Part shown: piece after piece, positions 1 to 12,548 of the stretch
How positions within the stretch are numbered: position 1 is the stretch's first letter
How the letters are laid out: each line of letters begins with the position of its first letter
Source of the DNA: Octopus vulgaris
Taxonomy: Eukaryota
NCBI GenBank assembly: GCA_951406725.2
Contig: OX597823.1
Location: 56,916,001 to 56,980,000, forward strand
DNA length: 64,000 bases
Direction: 5' to 3'
Translations under genes and position numbers: made by a program
The notes under the pieces: generated by a model
Told to the model about the DNA's origin: nothing
The model's database searches: none
Seen by the model: the letters and a program-made list of their open reading frames with translations, nothing else

Positions 1-1257
1 AATCTGACATAGAAATACTATATATACAACGTATAGAAGGTGGTAGAGGCCTTATACAGCTGGAAAACTATTATAAAGTAACCACCACAGGACTGCAAAA
101 ATATCTACTTCAGAAGGAAGGAAAACTGATAGAAATAGCGGCAAAACAAGAGCAAAACAAAAAACTGTTCTCAGTATTTAAGGAAGCTGAAAAATACAAA
201 TAAGAAATCATACCACCTAACAAATATGAAGAAGAAGAAGAAGAAGAAGAAGAAGAAGAAGAAGAAGAAGAAGAAGAAGAAGAAGAAGAAGAAGAAGAAG
301 AAGAAGAAGAAGAAGAAGAAGAAACAACAAAAGCTATAAAACAAATGAAATCCAAACTAAAACTAGAACAGCAAAGAACCATGATAAAACGATGGCAAGA
401 AAAGCCCCTTCATGGTAAATACTGGACTAAACTAAACGCAAAAGAAATAGACAAAGAAAAATCCCAGCAATGGTTGAGAAGCTCAGGACTCAAAGCAGAG
501 ACAGAGGGATTTTTAACTGCAGCACAAGACCAAAGCCTCCCCACCAGAAATTACCAAAAACATATAATGAAAAGAAATATAACAAGTAACTGCAGAATAT
601 GTGGAGATGGACAAGAAACAATAAATCATATTATCTCTGGCTGCCCAGTCCTGGCTAAGAAGGAATATATTCACAGACATGACAAAGTTGGGACTTACAT
701 ACACTGGAAGCTATGCCAACATTATGGAATAACAAGAGAAAAAAGATGGTACAGGCACACACCAGAAAAGGTCACAGAAAACGAGAAAGCAACCATACTC
801 TGGGATATGCCGATACACACAGATAGAGAAATAAAGGCCAACAGATCAGATATAGTTGTCAGAGATCATGAAGGAAAAAAATGCTTTCTAATTGATGTAT
901 CAATACCAGCAGATGACAACGTGTCTCTAAAAGAAATGGAGAAACTTTCAAAATACAAAGACCTGGAAATAGAGGTAACCAGAATGTGGAATCTGAAAAC
1001 AGAAACAATTCCTATCATAGTAGGTGCATTAGGCATGATAAAAAAATATTCAGACAAATACATAACAAAAACACCAGGACTTACAAACACATATAACATA
1101 CAGAAAATTGCACTACTAGGCACTGCACACATCCTACGCAGAACACTTTCCATACGATAACCATCAGAGCATCACAACAAATCACAGCACATACCCAAGG
1201 CACACAGAGCTGCGCTCGGTAGTGAAGTGAAAGCACGCTATAAAAATAAAACTACTG
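1..1257 (+). mobile_element. R4/Dong-clade non-LTR retrotransposon, 3' part (CCHC zinc knuckle + restriction-like endonuclease), copy 1
   Basis: ORF 345-1160 has CRICGDGQETINHIISGC, RHD, NRSDIVV...LIDVSIP...EKLSKY and ends in LLGTAHILR. A short 3' UTR is followed by (TAA)n from 1258. Premature TAA at 201; in-frame (GAA)32 at 228-323; the element runs off the left edge. Confidence 0.92.
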
Positions 1258-1285
1258 AATAATAATAATAATAATAATAATAATG

Positions 1286-1349
<64 letters not shown>

Positions 1350-1387
1350 TAATAATCACAATGAAAATAATAATAATAATAATAATA

Positions 1388-1640
1388 AGCAGTTGTGGCC
1401 GATGAAAAAAGGTAGTAGTAATACCAATAATTGGCGAAGCCCTGGTAACAGTGAGCAAAAATCTCGAAAAGTACGTGGAACAAATAGGAGCTGCAATAAG
1501 GGTGGAGCACTTACAGAAAACAACACTGCTGGAACCGCTCGAATACTCCAAAAGGTGTTACATTAGTTCACTGGTAGTGAACAGCTGACACTGTAATACA
1601 TCTCCAGCGTAAGAAACTGTGCAAAAGCAATGATAATAAT
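1388..1640 (+). mobile_element. R4/Dong-like LINE 3' fragment, second subfamily
   Basis: Frameshifted translation QLWPMKK/VVVIPIIGEALVTVSKNLEKYVEQIGAAIRVEHLQKTTLL/GTARILQKVL, homologous to the C-terminus of copy 1; TAA repeats on both sides. Confidence 0.75.
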
Positions 1641-1645
1641 ATAAT

Positions 1646-2040
1646 GCGGCAAGCTGGCAGGAACGTTAGCACGCCGGGTGAAACGCTTAGCGGTATTTCG
1701 TCTGCCGTTACGTTCTGAGTTCAATTTCCGCCGAGGTCGACTTTGCCTTTCATCTTTAAATAAGTACCAGTTACGCACAGGGGTTGATATAATCGACTTA
1801 ATCCGTTTGTCTGTCCTTGTATGTCCTCTCTGTGTTTAGCCCCTTGTGGGTGTTAAAGAAATAGTTATTTTGGCCGTCGCTACGTTCTGAGTTCAAATTC
1901 CGCCAAGGTCGATTTTACCTTTCATTCTTTAGGGGTCAATAAATCAAATAGCAGTTCAGTACTAGGGTCGATGTAATCGACTATCCTCTTCCCCCAAATT
2001 TCAGGCCTTGTGCTTATAGTAGAAAGGATTATTATTATTA
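1646..2040 (+). mobile_element. SINE family A: one full copy (1646-1864) plus a 5'-truncated copy (about 1870-2040)
   Basis: Head GCGGCAAGCTGGCAG..ACGTTAGCACGCCGGG, B-box-like GAGTTCAAATTCC and core GTCGACTTTGCCTTTCATC..AAGTACCAG; about 10 copies in the window. Confidence 0.85.
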
Positions 2041-3320
2041 TCTGTGTGCCTTGGGTATGTGTTGTGATTTGTTGTGATGCTCTGATGGTTATTGTATGGA
2101 AAGTGTTCTGCGTAGGATGTGTGCAGTGCCTAGTAGTGCAATTTTCTGTATGTTATATGTGTTTGTAAGTCCTGGTGTTTTTGTTATGTATTTGTCTGAA
2201 TATTTTTTTATCATGCCTAATGCACCTACTGTGATAGGAATTGTTTCTGTTTTTAGATTCCACATTCTGGTTACCTCTATTTCCAGGTCTTTGTATTTAG
2301 AAAGTTCTTCCATTTCTTTTAGAGACACGTTGTCATCTGCCGGTATTGATACATCAATTAGAAAGCATTTTTTTTTCTTCATGATCTCTGACAACTATAT
2401 CTGGTCTGTTGGCCTTAATTTCTCTATCTGTGTGTATCGGCATATCCCAGAGTATGGTTGCTTTCTCGTTTTCTGTGACCTTTTCTGGTGTGTGCATGTA
2501 CCATCTTTTTTCTCTTGTTATTCCATAATGTTGGCATAGCTTCCAGTGTATGTAGGTTCCAACTCTGTCATGTCTGTGAATATATTCCTTCTTAGCCAGG
2601 ACTGGGCAGCCAGAAATAATATGATTTATTGTTTCTTGTCCATCTCCACATATTCTGCAGTTACTTGTTCTATTTCTTTTCATTACATGTTTTTGGTAAT
2701 TTCTGGTGGGGTGGCTTTGGTCTTGTGCTGCAATTAAAAATCCCTCTGTCTCTGCTTTGAGTCCTGAGCTTCTCAACCATTGCTGGGATTTTTCTTTGTC
2801 TATTTCTTTTGCGTTTAGTTTAGTCCAGTATTTACCATGAAGGGGCTTTTCTTGCCATCGTTTTATCATGGTTCGTTGCTGTTCTGTTTTTAGTTTGGAT
2901 TTCATTTGTTTTATAGCTTTTGTTGTTTCTTCTTCTTCTTCTTCTTCTTCTTCTTCTTCTTCTTCTTTCTTCTTCTTCTTCTTCTTCTTCTTCTTCTTCT
3001 TCTTCTTCTTCTTCTTCTTCTTCTTCTTCTTCTTCTTCTTCTTCTTCTTCATATTTATTAGGTGGTATGATTTCTTGTTTGTATTTGTCAGCTTCCTTAA
3101 ATACTGAGAATAGTTTTTTGTTTTGCTCGTGTTTTGTCGCTATTTGTATCAGTTTTCCTTCCTTCTGAAGTAGATATTTTTGCAGTCCTATGGTGGTTAT
3201 TTTATAGTAGTTTCCCAGCTGTATAAGGCCTCTACCACCTTCTATACGTTGTATATATAGTATTTCTATGTCAGATTTTGGGTGATACATCCTAGATCCT
3301 GTCATTATTTTTCTTGTTTC
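2041..3320 (-). mobile_element. R4/Dong LINE 3' part, copy 2 (inverted relative to copy 1)
   Basis: ORFs 2832-3305, 2354-3052 and 2089-2394 are frameshifted pieces of the protein seen in copy 1; (TTC)n at 2927-3050; the last ~50 nt of the 3' UTR are missing. Confidence 0.92.
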
Positions 3321-3467
3321 ATTATTATTTATTTCTTCTTCTTCTTCTTCTTCTTCTTCTTCTTCTTCTTCTTCTTCTTCTTCTTCTTCTTCTTCTTCTT
3401 CTTCTTCCTTCTTCTTCTTCTTCTTCTTCTTCTTCTTCTTCTTCTTCTTCTTCTTCTTCTTCTTCTT

Positions 3468-3544
<77 letters not shown>

Positions 3545-3940
3545 TATCCTTCTTTCTTCAAATTTTCCATTTCTCGCCGAGTATTTTCCGTACACCTAGA
3601 GCAGAGTAAAATATGTATTTAAAAAAAATAATAAACAAATAAATTCATGAATGGATGTTGTTTTCACAGCGATAATGCTCTTCTCAGTACATGAACCGTT
3701 CCAGTTAACAAGATTTTTGCACTTCCTGTAGGGATGATAAGCCTGGTATCATTTTCAAGTAGGTTTCAGTGCCTTTTTTTTTAATCATTCCTAGAGATCC
3801 TACATTCACTGGTACTGCAGTCGCCTTGAGATGCCTCATTTTGTCAATTTCTATTAGTAAGTCTTTATATTTACAGATCTTGTCAAATTCTTTCGCCGTT
3901 ATATTGTGATCGCAAGGAATACTCATGTCAATTAATAAAC
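3545..3940 (-). mobile_element. R4/Dong-like LINE 3' fragment, third subfamily
   Basis: ORF 3705-3926 MSIPCDHNITAKEFDKICKYKDLLIEI..VPVNVGSLGMIKK..LQEVQK is the endonuclease C-terminus; TTA repeats on both sides. Confidence 0.8.
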
Positions 3941-3957
3941 AATTATTATTACTATCA

Positions 3958-3988
<31 letters not shown>

Positions 3989-3993
3989 TATTA

Positions 3994-4055
<62 letters not shown>

Positions 4056-4058
<3 letters not shown>

Positions 4059-4673
4059 TAGTTTTATTTTTATAGCGTGCTTTCACTTCACTACCGAGCG
4101 CAGCTCTGTGTGCCTTGGGTATGTGCTGTGATTTGTTGTGATGCTCTGATGGTTATTGTATGGAAAGTGTTCTGCGTAGGATGTGTGCAGTGCCTAGTAG
4201 TGCAATTTTCTGTATGTTATATGTGTTTGTAAGTCCTGGTGTTTTTGTTATGTATTTGTCTGAATATTTTTTTATCATGTCTAATGCACCTACTATGATA
4301 GGAATTGTTTCTGTTTTCAGATTCCACATTCTAGTTACCTCTATTTCCAGGTCTTTGTATTTCGAGAGTTTCTCCATTTCTTTTACAGACACGTTGTCAT
4401 CTGCCGGTATTGATACATCAATTAGAAAGCATTTTTTTCCTTCATGATCTCTGACAACTATATCTGGTCTGTTGGCCTTAATTTCTCTATCTGTGTGTAT
4501 CGGCATATCCCAGAGTATGGTTGCTTTCTCGTTTTCTGTGACCTTTTCTGGTGTGTGCCTATACCATCTTTTTTCTGTTGTTATTCCATAATGTTGACAT
4601 AGCTTCCAATGTATGTAGGTTCCAACTCTGTCATGTCTGTGAATATATTCCTTCTTAGCCAGGACTGGGCAGC
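4056..4673 (-). mobile_element. R4/Dong LINE 5'-truncated copy 3
   Basis: ORF 4153-4773 from SCPVLAKKEYIHRHD to the stop codon is near-identical to copy 1, with a complete 3' UTR; inserted within (TAA)n. Confidence 0.92.
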
Positions 4674-4688
4674 TTATTGTTATTATTA

Positions 4689-4742
<54 letters not shown>

Positions 4743-5319
4743 GTAGTAGTAGTAGTAGTAGTAGTAGTAGCACTTATGTACTGGGGTGGATGGGGTGGAT
4801 GGAAACAACTGTTCTCCTATCCCGCGAACCGCTGGTCATGGGCCCAAATTTCAAGCAATTATTTTTACCACCACTATCACCACCACCACCAGCACCACCA
4901 CCGTCTTCAGCATGGTCACTGTAGTTGTTGTTGTTGTTGCTATTGTTATGAGAGATTGGCAGAAACGGTAGAGACACTCCCCTGTAAAAACCGATGGCTT
5001 ACTGCCAAAGTTTAGAATCATTATTGGTATTAAACTTGGTCGCATCACCAATCTCTTATTCTTTGATTTGGTTGAGTAACATCCCTTTAAATTACGGTGG
5101 TTAATTAGCGAGTCGGGACGTTCATTTTGTTGTAGCTATACTTCACTGAGCAAAAAGAAATGAAAATAAAAAAAAGAACATTTGTCTTTATATATTAAGA
5201 ATTCATTGGGAGTGAAAAGCGTCACATGTCTAAACCGACCCAATTACCGATTTGGAAAATGATGATCAATCTATCTATCTATCTATCTATTTATGTCTAA
5301 CTCATATACATACAAGCAT

Positions 5320-5403
<84 letters not shown>

Positions 5404-5791
5404 TGCAATGGAAGCACTCCGTCGGTTACGACGATGAGGGTTCCGGTTGATCCGAATCAACGGAACAGCCTGCTCGTGAAATTAACGTGTAAGTGGCTGA
5501 GCACTCCACAGACACGTGTACCCTTAACGTAGTTCTCGGGGATATTCAGCGTGACACAGAGAGTGACAAGGCCGGCCCTTTGAAATACAGGTACAACAGA
5601 AACAGGAAGTAAGAGTGAGAGAAAGTTGTGGTGAAAGAGTACAGCAGGGATCACCACCATCCCCTGCCAGAGCCTCGTGGAGCTTTAGGTGTTTTCGCTC
5701 AATAAACACTTACAACGCCCGGTCTGGGAATCGAAACCGCGATCCTACGACCGCGAGTCCGCTGCCCTAACCACTGGGCCATTGCGCCTCC
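5404..5791 (-). mobile_element. tRNA-derived SINE family C
   Basis: Minus strand GGAGGCGCAATGGCCCAGTGGTTAGGG (A box) ...GGTTTCGATTCCC (B box); a second copy lies at 9556-9834. Confidence 0.85.
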
Positions 5792-6377
5792 ATATATATA
5801 TACATATGTATATAATACACATATATATATATACATATGTATATAATACATACATATATATGCGTGTGCGCACAGACTCAGTGTGTGTAAGTAGGGTATG
5901 CACGTACAAGAATCATATTTTATGTGAGTTCGTGGTAGATACATGCATATATACGTATTTGCATTCATAGATATATACATATATACGTTTTAACAGACTT
6001 AGATATATAGATATATACATTTTACATTCATATGAACATGTAACCGGGGTCGACATCTACCTTATCAGTGGGTTTCCCGTGATGTCTCTCGTTAGACACG
6101 AAAGGTATTTCTTTATATTCTGCGATATATTGATTATGAAGGTTTCTGATTGACTAACGTTTCGAACTTTCAAAAGGTTGTGATGTTTTCATATTAATTC
6201 CTATAAAAGTTGAACGTGATTTTCGCCATTTCCATATCAGTTTAGAAAATTTGATAACATTCTGAGATAGCAAAAGAAACCAAAGATTTTGCAAAATATT
6301 CTTGATACTGCTACAATATCTTAAGGAAGATTTTCTTATAATAGAAATGATTAATTACATATAAATATGTTCAAAAA

Positions 6378-6459
<82 letters not shown>

Positions 6460-6568
6460 GTATATATTGGTAAAAACGGTATAACAAAAGAAAGAAAGAG
6501 ACCCCAATATTATGTAAATAGAGGAATTTATCTGTAACTATAATATGTGTCAATTATTCGGTAGCAAA

Positions 6569-6630
6569 GATAAAACTCTGAGTTTCGGATGCCGAGGTGG
6601 AAATCCACACCACCATCTCTTCAGTTAACC
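6569..6630 (-). ncRNA. Minimal type I hammerhead-ribozyme-like motif in a short module between (TA)n tracts
   Basis: Minus strand ggttaa-CTGAAGA-gatg...catcc-GAAA-ctcagag-TT-ttatc; stem III actc/gagt, stem I taa/tta; one extra C at the base of stem II. Confidence 0.55.
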
Positions 6631-6651
6631 GGCTATTCCTTTCTCTCTCTC

Positions 6652-6745
<94 letters not shown>

Positions 6746-7012
6746 CATATATACTAGATTATCTGATTCTGTGTTGTCCATTTATCTAATGTTCTTCCTA
6801 GAGACGAATTTTTTTATGTTCGTTGCCCTCACACGTCTTTGCCAGTATATGCACAGTGAAGCTTTACTATAGCGTCGTAAATTCATTGACTACTATATAT
6901 ATATATATATATATATATATTCACGTGGATATATATATATATATATATATTCACGTGGATATATATATATATATTCACGTGGATATCCAGATTTAAATAC
7001 ATAAATGCGAAT

Positions 7013-7119
7013 GAATAGTTTTCGTTGCTTTATGATTCAATAAAATATGAAAGCAAACAATTCATGAAATCGTTTATATCATTATTAAAACTGAAAGACC
7101 AAAAATAAAAAATGACTTT

Positions 7120-7150
<31 letters not shown>

Positions 7151-7318
7151 GATGACATGTTTTCGTTTTAGTCGGAACACTTCAGGGTTTCAATTAAGTT
7201 TCCTTGTGAAACTAGAAAAGTCATTTTTTTCCCTTTTGGTCTTTCAGTTTTAATAATATAAACGATTTTATGAATTGTTTACATATTTCATTGAATCACA
7301 AAATAACGAAAGCTATTC
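7013..7318. repeat. Imperfect inverted repeat with ~110-bp arms (fold-back or MITE-like)
   Basis: 7013-7122 is the approximate reverse complement of 7213-7318 (e.g. ATTATTAAAACTGAAAGACCAAAA / TTTTGGTCTTTCAGTTTTAATAAT). Confidence 0.85.
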
Positions 7319-7800
7319 TTGCATCCTAATACAGTGGTTTCAAATTTCAGCACAATGCCAGCAATTTCGGAGGAGCTAGTCGACAATATCAACCTCAGTG
7401 TTCAACTGATACTTATTTTAACGATTCTAGACAGAAGAAAGGCAAAATCAACCTCGGCGTAATCTTTCATATTAATATAGTAACTCTTGTTTCAAGGTAA
7501 TTTTCAACGTTAATTCACGTGGATATCTAGATTTAAATACATAAAGGGTCGTAATTTACACTGTTTCGTTCAGCGATGGATATATTGGCGTGCAGTATAC
7601 GTTTGTTTAACAGTGTCAATTCACATCCTGCCGAGATGAATTTTTTGCCGTTAATCTTTCCAGGGGTGGGTACAGTAAATAACCTGAGTTGAATAAATCA
7701 ACTGCAACACTTCCGCTTTTATCGAAATATTTCTGATCGTGTGCTAATGATAAAGCCCAACAGAGTGCCGTTTAATGTTTTCCACCATTTGGTTACCTTA

Positions 7801-8010
7801 GGACGGCGAGCGGGCAGAATGGTTAGGACGTCTGGGCAAAATGCTTACCGGCCTTTCGTCCGTCACCACGTTCTTAGTTCAAATGCCGCCAAAGTCGACT
7901 TTGCCTTTCATCTTTTCGGGTCGATAAAACTAGTTGAACATTGTGGTCAATGTAATCGACTAACCTTCTCCCTTGAAATTGCTGGCCTTGTGCCCAACAT
8001 TTGAAACCAG
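7801..8010 (+). mobile_element. SINE family A
   Basis: GGCGAGCGGGCAGAAT..GTTCAAATGCCGCCAAAGTCGACTTTGCCTTTCATC. Confidence 0.8.
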
Positions 8011-8813
8011 TATTTGCTTACATTTATTTCTCTAGAGGACAACACAAAATAAATAATAACCTTACATAGTGAATTTAGACTTCGGGTTCAAATTCGTGAA
8101 TTTGAATTCGTGAGTCATCTGTCGGCGGTATTTAACAATACAAGTAGTCAAGCAGTGGAGTGGTTTGATGTATTCTATTTGATGTTTAACAATTTATGGC
8201 TTTGGAAACATTGAGAAATAACTTTTCAGATTTTAATATCGGATTTTAATGAAAGCTTAGGTGACAATTTTCTGTAATCTCACATTTTCTATAATTCGCA
8301 ATTTGTCTGCACTCATGGCTGCCAGATTAAAACACTCCTGCTACGTGAAAACTAGCCAGAAAGATTAACTTAGAAAGTAAATAAAACACACACAAACACA
8401 CACAATATATTAGTGCCTATGATATGTTAGATATCAAAAATGGCCAGACAACTGAACTGCTGAATAGTCGAAGCTCTGCTGTACTCAAGCCGACCTATAA
8501 TTGAAGGCGTTCCAGCTATCACCATCACGCTTTTGTATATATCAGGACCTACTTAATTCAATGCATCCGTTTCTTTTAAAATGGTAAGTTACGATCAGAG
8601 TGAGATTTCTCAAGTGTTTCTAGCTGTGAGAGCGACCATAAAGACGCCCATCTGATTGATTCACTAACGCTAGTAAATAGTAGATGCCACTTATAGATTG
8701 CTTTACGGTTTATTTTAGGTTGTGTGACATTGGTGGTGGAGCTGCTTAGTGGATGTCACATAGACAGCACGGTATCTATCAGTCGTTATACATATATATA
8801 TATGTGTATGTGT

Positions 8814-8914
<101 letters not shown>

Positions 8915-9279
8915 GAGAGAGAGAGTTGACCATGACTTGGAACGTTAGGCCTGCTATGGTATCGTCCGACTGCGATGCTGCGAACTTCGAAGAGACTGTT
9001 AATAATATTCTCTTTTAAAATGATAAATTTGTGTTCTACTAATAGGAGGCATAAGAGCAGTAATGCATCAGGTTAATATAAAATTGTTTTTATTGTAACT
9101 GAACATTAAAACAAAAATTTATATTTGCATGTATACATATACATATACATATATACACACACAGACACACACACACACATACACACACATATATATATAA
9201 TTGTTAAAGAGGATAACAAACGTTAAGGCAAGGCAAACATCTCAAGTCATATACACTATTATTATTAGAAAAAAATTCA

Positions 9280-9335
9280 GTCTTACAGCTGTTTCTCGGA
9301 TATCCCAGAGTATGGGATATTCCGTCACCGGAGAC
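9280..9335 (-). ncRNA. Degenerate hammerhead-like motif
   Basis: Minus strand gtct-CCGGTGA-cggaatatccca/tgggatatccga-GAAA-cagctg-TA-agac; all three stems are present but the core has two substitutions. Confidence 0.45.
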
Positions 9336-9513
9336 AAATAGGAAAAATGAGAAGGATAAATATTAATGAAATGACGACATAGAAGACAGGACTGTAGGAA
9401 TAAAGAGATGAAGAAAGAGAAGTAGAAAGAGGCATAAATGTTCACAGTTCAATTTTCCGATCGTGTAGAAATAAGTCCGTAAGTCCTTAGGTGCAATCCT
9501 GTGCAAATCAATG

Positions 9514-9555
<42 letters not shown>

Positions 9556-9558
<3 letters not shown>

Positions 9559-9832
9559 CTGACCGACCAGACCATCAGATGGTCACAATGCATTCGCATT
9601 GTTTTAGCCTTTGAATGACGCCACCCCGCTGGCTAAGCGAGCAACCCAACAGAAGAAAGAGTGGGAGAAAGAGTGGTGAAAGAGTACAGCAGAGATCACC
9701 ACCCCCTGCCGGAGCATCGTGGAGCTTTTAGGTGTTTTCGCTCAATAAACACTCACAACGCCCGGTCTGGGAATCGAAACCGCGATCCTACGACCACGAG
9801 TCCGCTGCCCTAACCACTAGGCCATTGCGCCT

Positions 9833-9834
<2 letters not shown>
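9556..9834 (-). mobile_element. tRNA-derived SINE family C
   Basis: Head near-identical to 5404-5791; different 3' tail. Confidence 0.85.
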
Positions 9835-9911
<77 letters not shown>

Positions 9912-9912
<1 letters not shown>

Positions 9913-10107
9913 GTAGTTCAAATTTACTTAAAAACAAAGACGAAGACAAGTATAGGAACAATAAGTATGTGTATTAGTTTGACGCTCGGGAGAAATGGAA
10001 AAATCCTCTACGTTTGGAGCCTACGCTCTTCGACAGCAAGGATTAAGAGGAAATAAATAGAGGAGAGAATGAAAAGAAACGCGTTCAATTAAGTGGTCCA
10101 ACGTGGC

Positions 10108-10110
<3 letters not shown>
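9912..10110 (-). mobile_element. Short non-coding PLE pseudo-LTR-like element in (TA)n with a hammerhead-like motif (10005-10041)
   Basis: Homologous to 59418-59625 (AAAACAAAGACGAAGAC..GTATTAGT..GAGCCTACGCTCTTC); minus strand CTGTCGAA-gagc-gtag-gctc-CAAA-cg-TA. Confidence 0.6.
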
Positions 10111-10206
<96 letters not shown>

Positions 10207-10683
10207 TGTGTGTGTATACGTATGCATGTGTATATGTATGTATGTGTGTTTTTCTGTTTGTGTTTGTCCTCCACCACCGTTCGACAGTCGGTCTTGCTAT
10301 ATGTACGTCCTTGCACCTTGATGGTTCGGAAGAAAGTGTCCGATAGAACAACTACAAGGCTTTAAGGAAATAATCAACAGGGCTAATTTGTTCGATTAAA
10401 ATCTACCGTGGTGGTGTCCTAGCATAGCCGTGGTCTACTGACTGAAGCAAGTAAACACACACATACACACAAGATAATAACTGTAAATGAGTTTAACTTA
10501 TTTTAAGTTCGTTATTTAAATATTTCGTTGTTTTCTCTTGTATCTAATTATTTAAATTAAGGTTATTCAATTATATCATTCCTGCACTATGCATCAATCT
10601 CGCTTTCCACTTAACTGTCTTCACTATCACACATGTTCTTCTGACTCGAGTTTCTTTCGCTGTTATTATATATTGATGGTTCA

Positions 10684-11011
10684 GGGCGGCGAGCTGGCAG
10701 AAACGTTAGCACGCCGGGCGAAATGCGTAGCCGTATTTCGTCTGCCGTTACGTTCTGAATTCAAATTCCGCCGACGTCGACTTTGCCTTTCATCCTTTCG
10801 ATCAGAGAATGTGAGAGGAAATCACCGAAGCTGTTGGAAATTTTTTAATACTTTGTTTTCTAAATGGATTTGTTTATGATTGAATTAGTTCCAATTATTC
10901 TGTGTCGATAAATTAAGTACCAGTTACGCACTGGGGTCGATGTAATCGACTTAATACGTTTGTCTGTCCTGGTTGTCCCCTCTGTGTTTAGCCCCTTTTA
11001 GGTAGTAAAGA
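10684..11011 (+). mobile_element. SINE family A interrupted by a ~100-bp insertion (10801-10903)
   Basis: The consensus CATCCTTTCG|GGGTCGATAAATTAAGTACC is split at 10800/10904. Confidence 0.85.
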
Positions 11012-11217
11012 AGTATATCTATTGATGGGTCTTCCTTCCTCCGCTTTATATTTTCCCTTCATGTTACTTTGGTATATTATTCATACTTACTTACTTCCCT
11101 TATGTTTTGTTTCGTCTTTTCACGTCTTGTATTGTACTTGTTTCTCTTTGATAAATCTTTTATGTCTTTCACTTGCCTCATTCATTTATGTGTATACTGC
11201 AACCTTTCATCTTTTGT

Positions 11218-11497
11218 CTTTTATTTGTTTCAGTCATTGGACTGCGGTCATGCTGTGGCAACCTCTTCAAGGATTTAATCGAGAAAATCGACGATAGTAC
11301 TTATTTAGTTTATGATGCAGTATCATAAACAAACTGACACCGGTTATTAATGTCATGCGATGGTGGGGATAAGCACAAAGACGCATACATACATACATAC
11401 ATACATACATACATACATACATACATACATACATACATGCATGCATGCATGCATGCATGCATGCATGCATACATACATACATACATACATACATACA

Positions 11498-11530
<33 letters not shown>

Positions 11531-11733
11531 TACCAGTTTCATACGTACACACACATATATATATATACATTACAAGTTTCATTCGGATTCCGTTTACGAA
11601 ATCCACTCATAAGGCTTTGGTGTGCCCGAAGCTATTGTAAAAGACACTTGCCCAAGGTGCCACGCTGTGGAACTGAACCCGGCTCAATGAGGGTGACAAG
11701 CAGACCTCTTACTATAGGGCCTTTTCCGCGCCT
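11218..11733 (-). mobile_element. tRNA-derived SINE family B with an internal (CATA/CATG)n
   Basis: TTGTTTCAGTCATTGGACTGCGG tail and AAATCCACTCA..AAGACACTTGCCCAAGGTGCC..ACTGAACCC head, shared with about 10 copies. Confidence 0.85.
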
Positions 11734-12492
11734 AGATATGTTATATTTCTCTCAATGTATATTTTCCCACATTACATCTATTGTCTCTTTCACTTACAGC
11801 GTTACTTATAGTTACCCTTTGCCGCTCACACACTTGCATTGTTTCTTTTTCAATTAAGTCATTCATTTGTTTATACTTAAGACTCATACTTATTTCGTAC
11901 CTTTTTATCTTCAATTCCTTTCAATGACATAAGGTATTTATATTAATTTCCATTTTGCATCTTTGTTTCTTTTACTAAAGTAATAATTTTAATACCATTT
12001 CTCCCTTTTTCATCTTTATATCTTTCACTAACCATTTATTTTTATTTCTTCACCATGTTACGTCTTTTATTTCTTACGTTATTCACCTCCCTTTGCATTA
12101 TATTAATTTATTTTCACTTATTTTGTCTGGAAGTATTTTATTCGTTTCGTTGACTTCCTTTCTACCTACTCATTCCCCTCACTTGTATTTTTATAACTCT
12201 TAGGTAGCCATAAACTATATTAAAAGCATTTCGGAATATTTAGAAAAATCAGTGTTTTATATAAAAAGATAGCAATACAGCTGACTTATTAAACTATATT
12301 AGTTCGGACATTTTGAATAAAACCTCCTTTCAAAAGCATTGAAAACAAATATATACATATTCATACCTGCATACATCCGAAAACATGTATCTATGTGTGT
12401 ATATTACATAGAAAAAACTTTCTTCTAGGTATCTTTTATATCCTTGGTTCAAATGTCAGCTATGTTCACTTTGGTTTCTATAGTTCCACGTT

Positions 12493-12539
<47 letters not shown>

Positions 12540-12548
<9 letters not shown>

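Noticed and set aside
866-4447. Repeated ORF MESVLRRMCAVPSS.. (866, 2096, 4160)
   Set aside because: Antisense shadow of the R4/Dong ORF.
5700-5791. tRNA-like sequence (also at about 9750-9834)
   Set aside because: It is a SINE head: it continues into a shared SINE body and lacks a proper acceptor stem.
7149-7190. CTGATGA..GGAAC in the loop of the palindrome as a hammerhead
   Set aside because: GAAA is mutated, the stems are not convincing, and the CT comes from the adjacent microsatellite.
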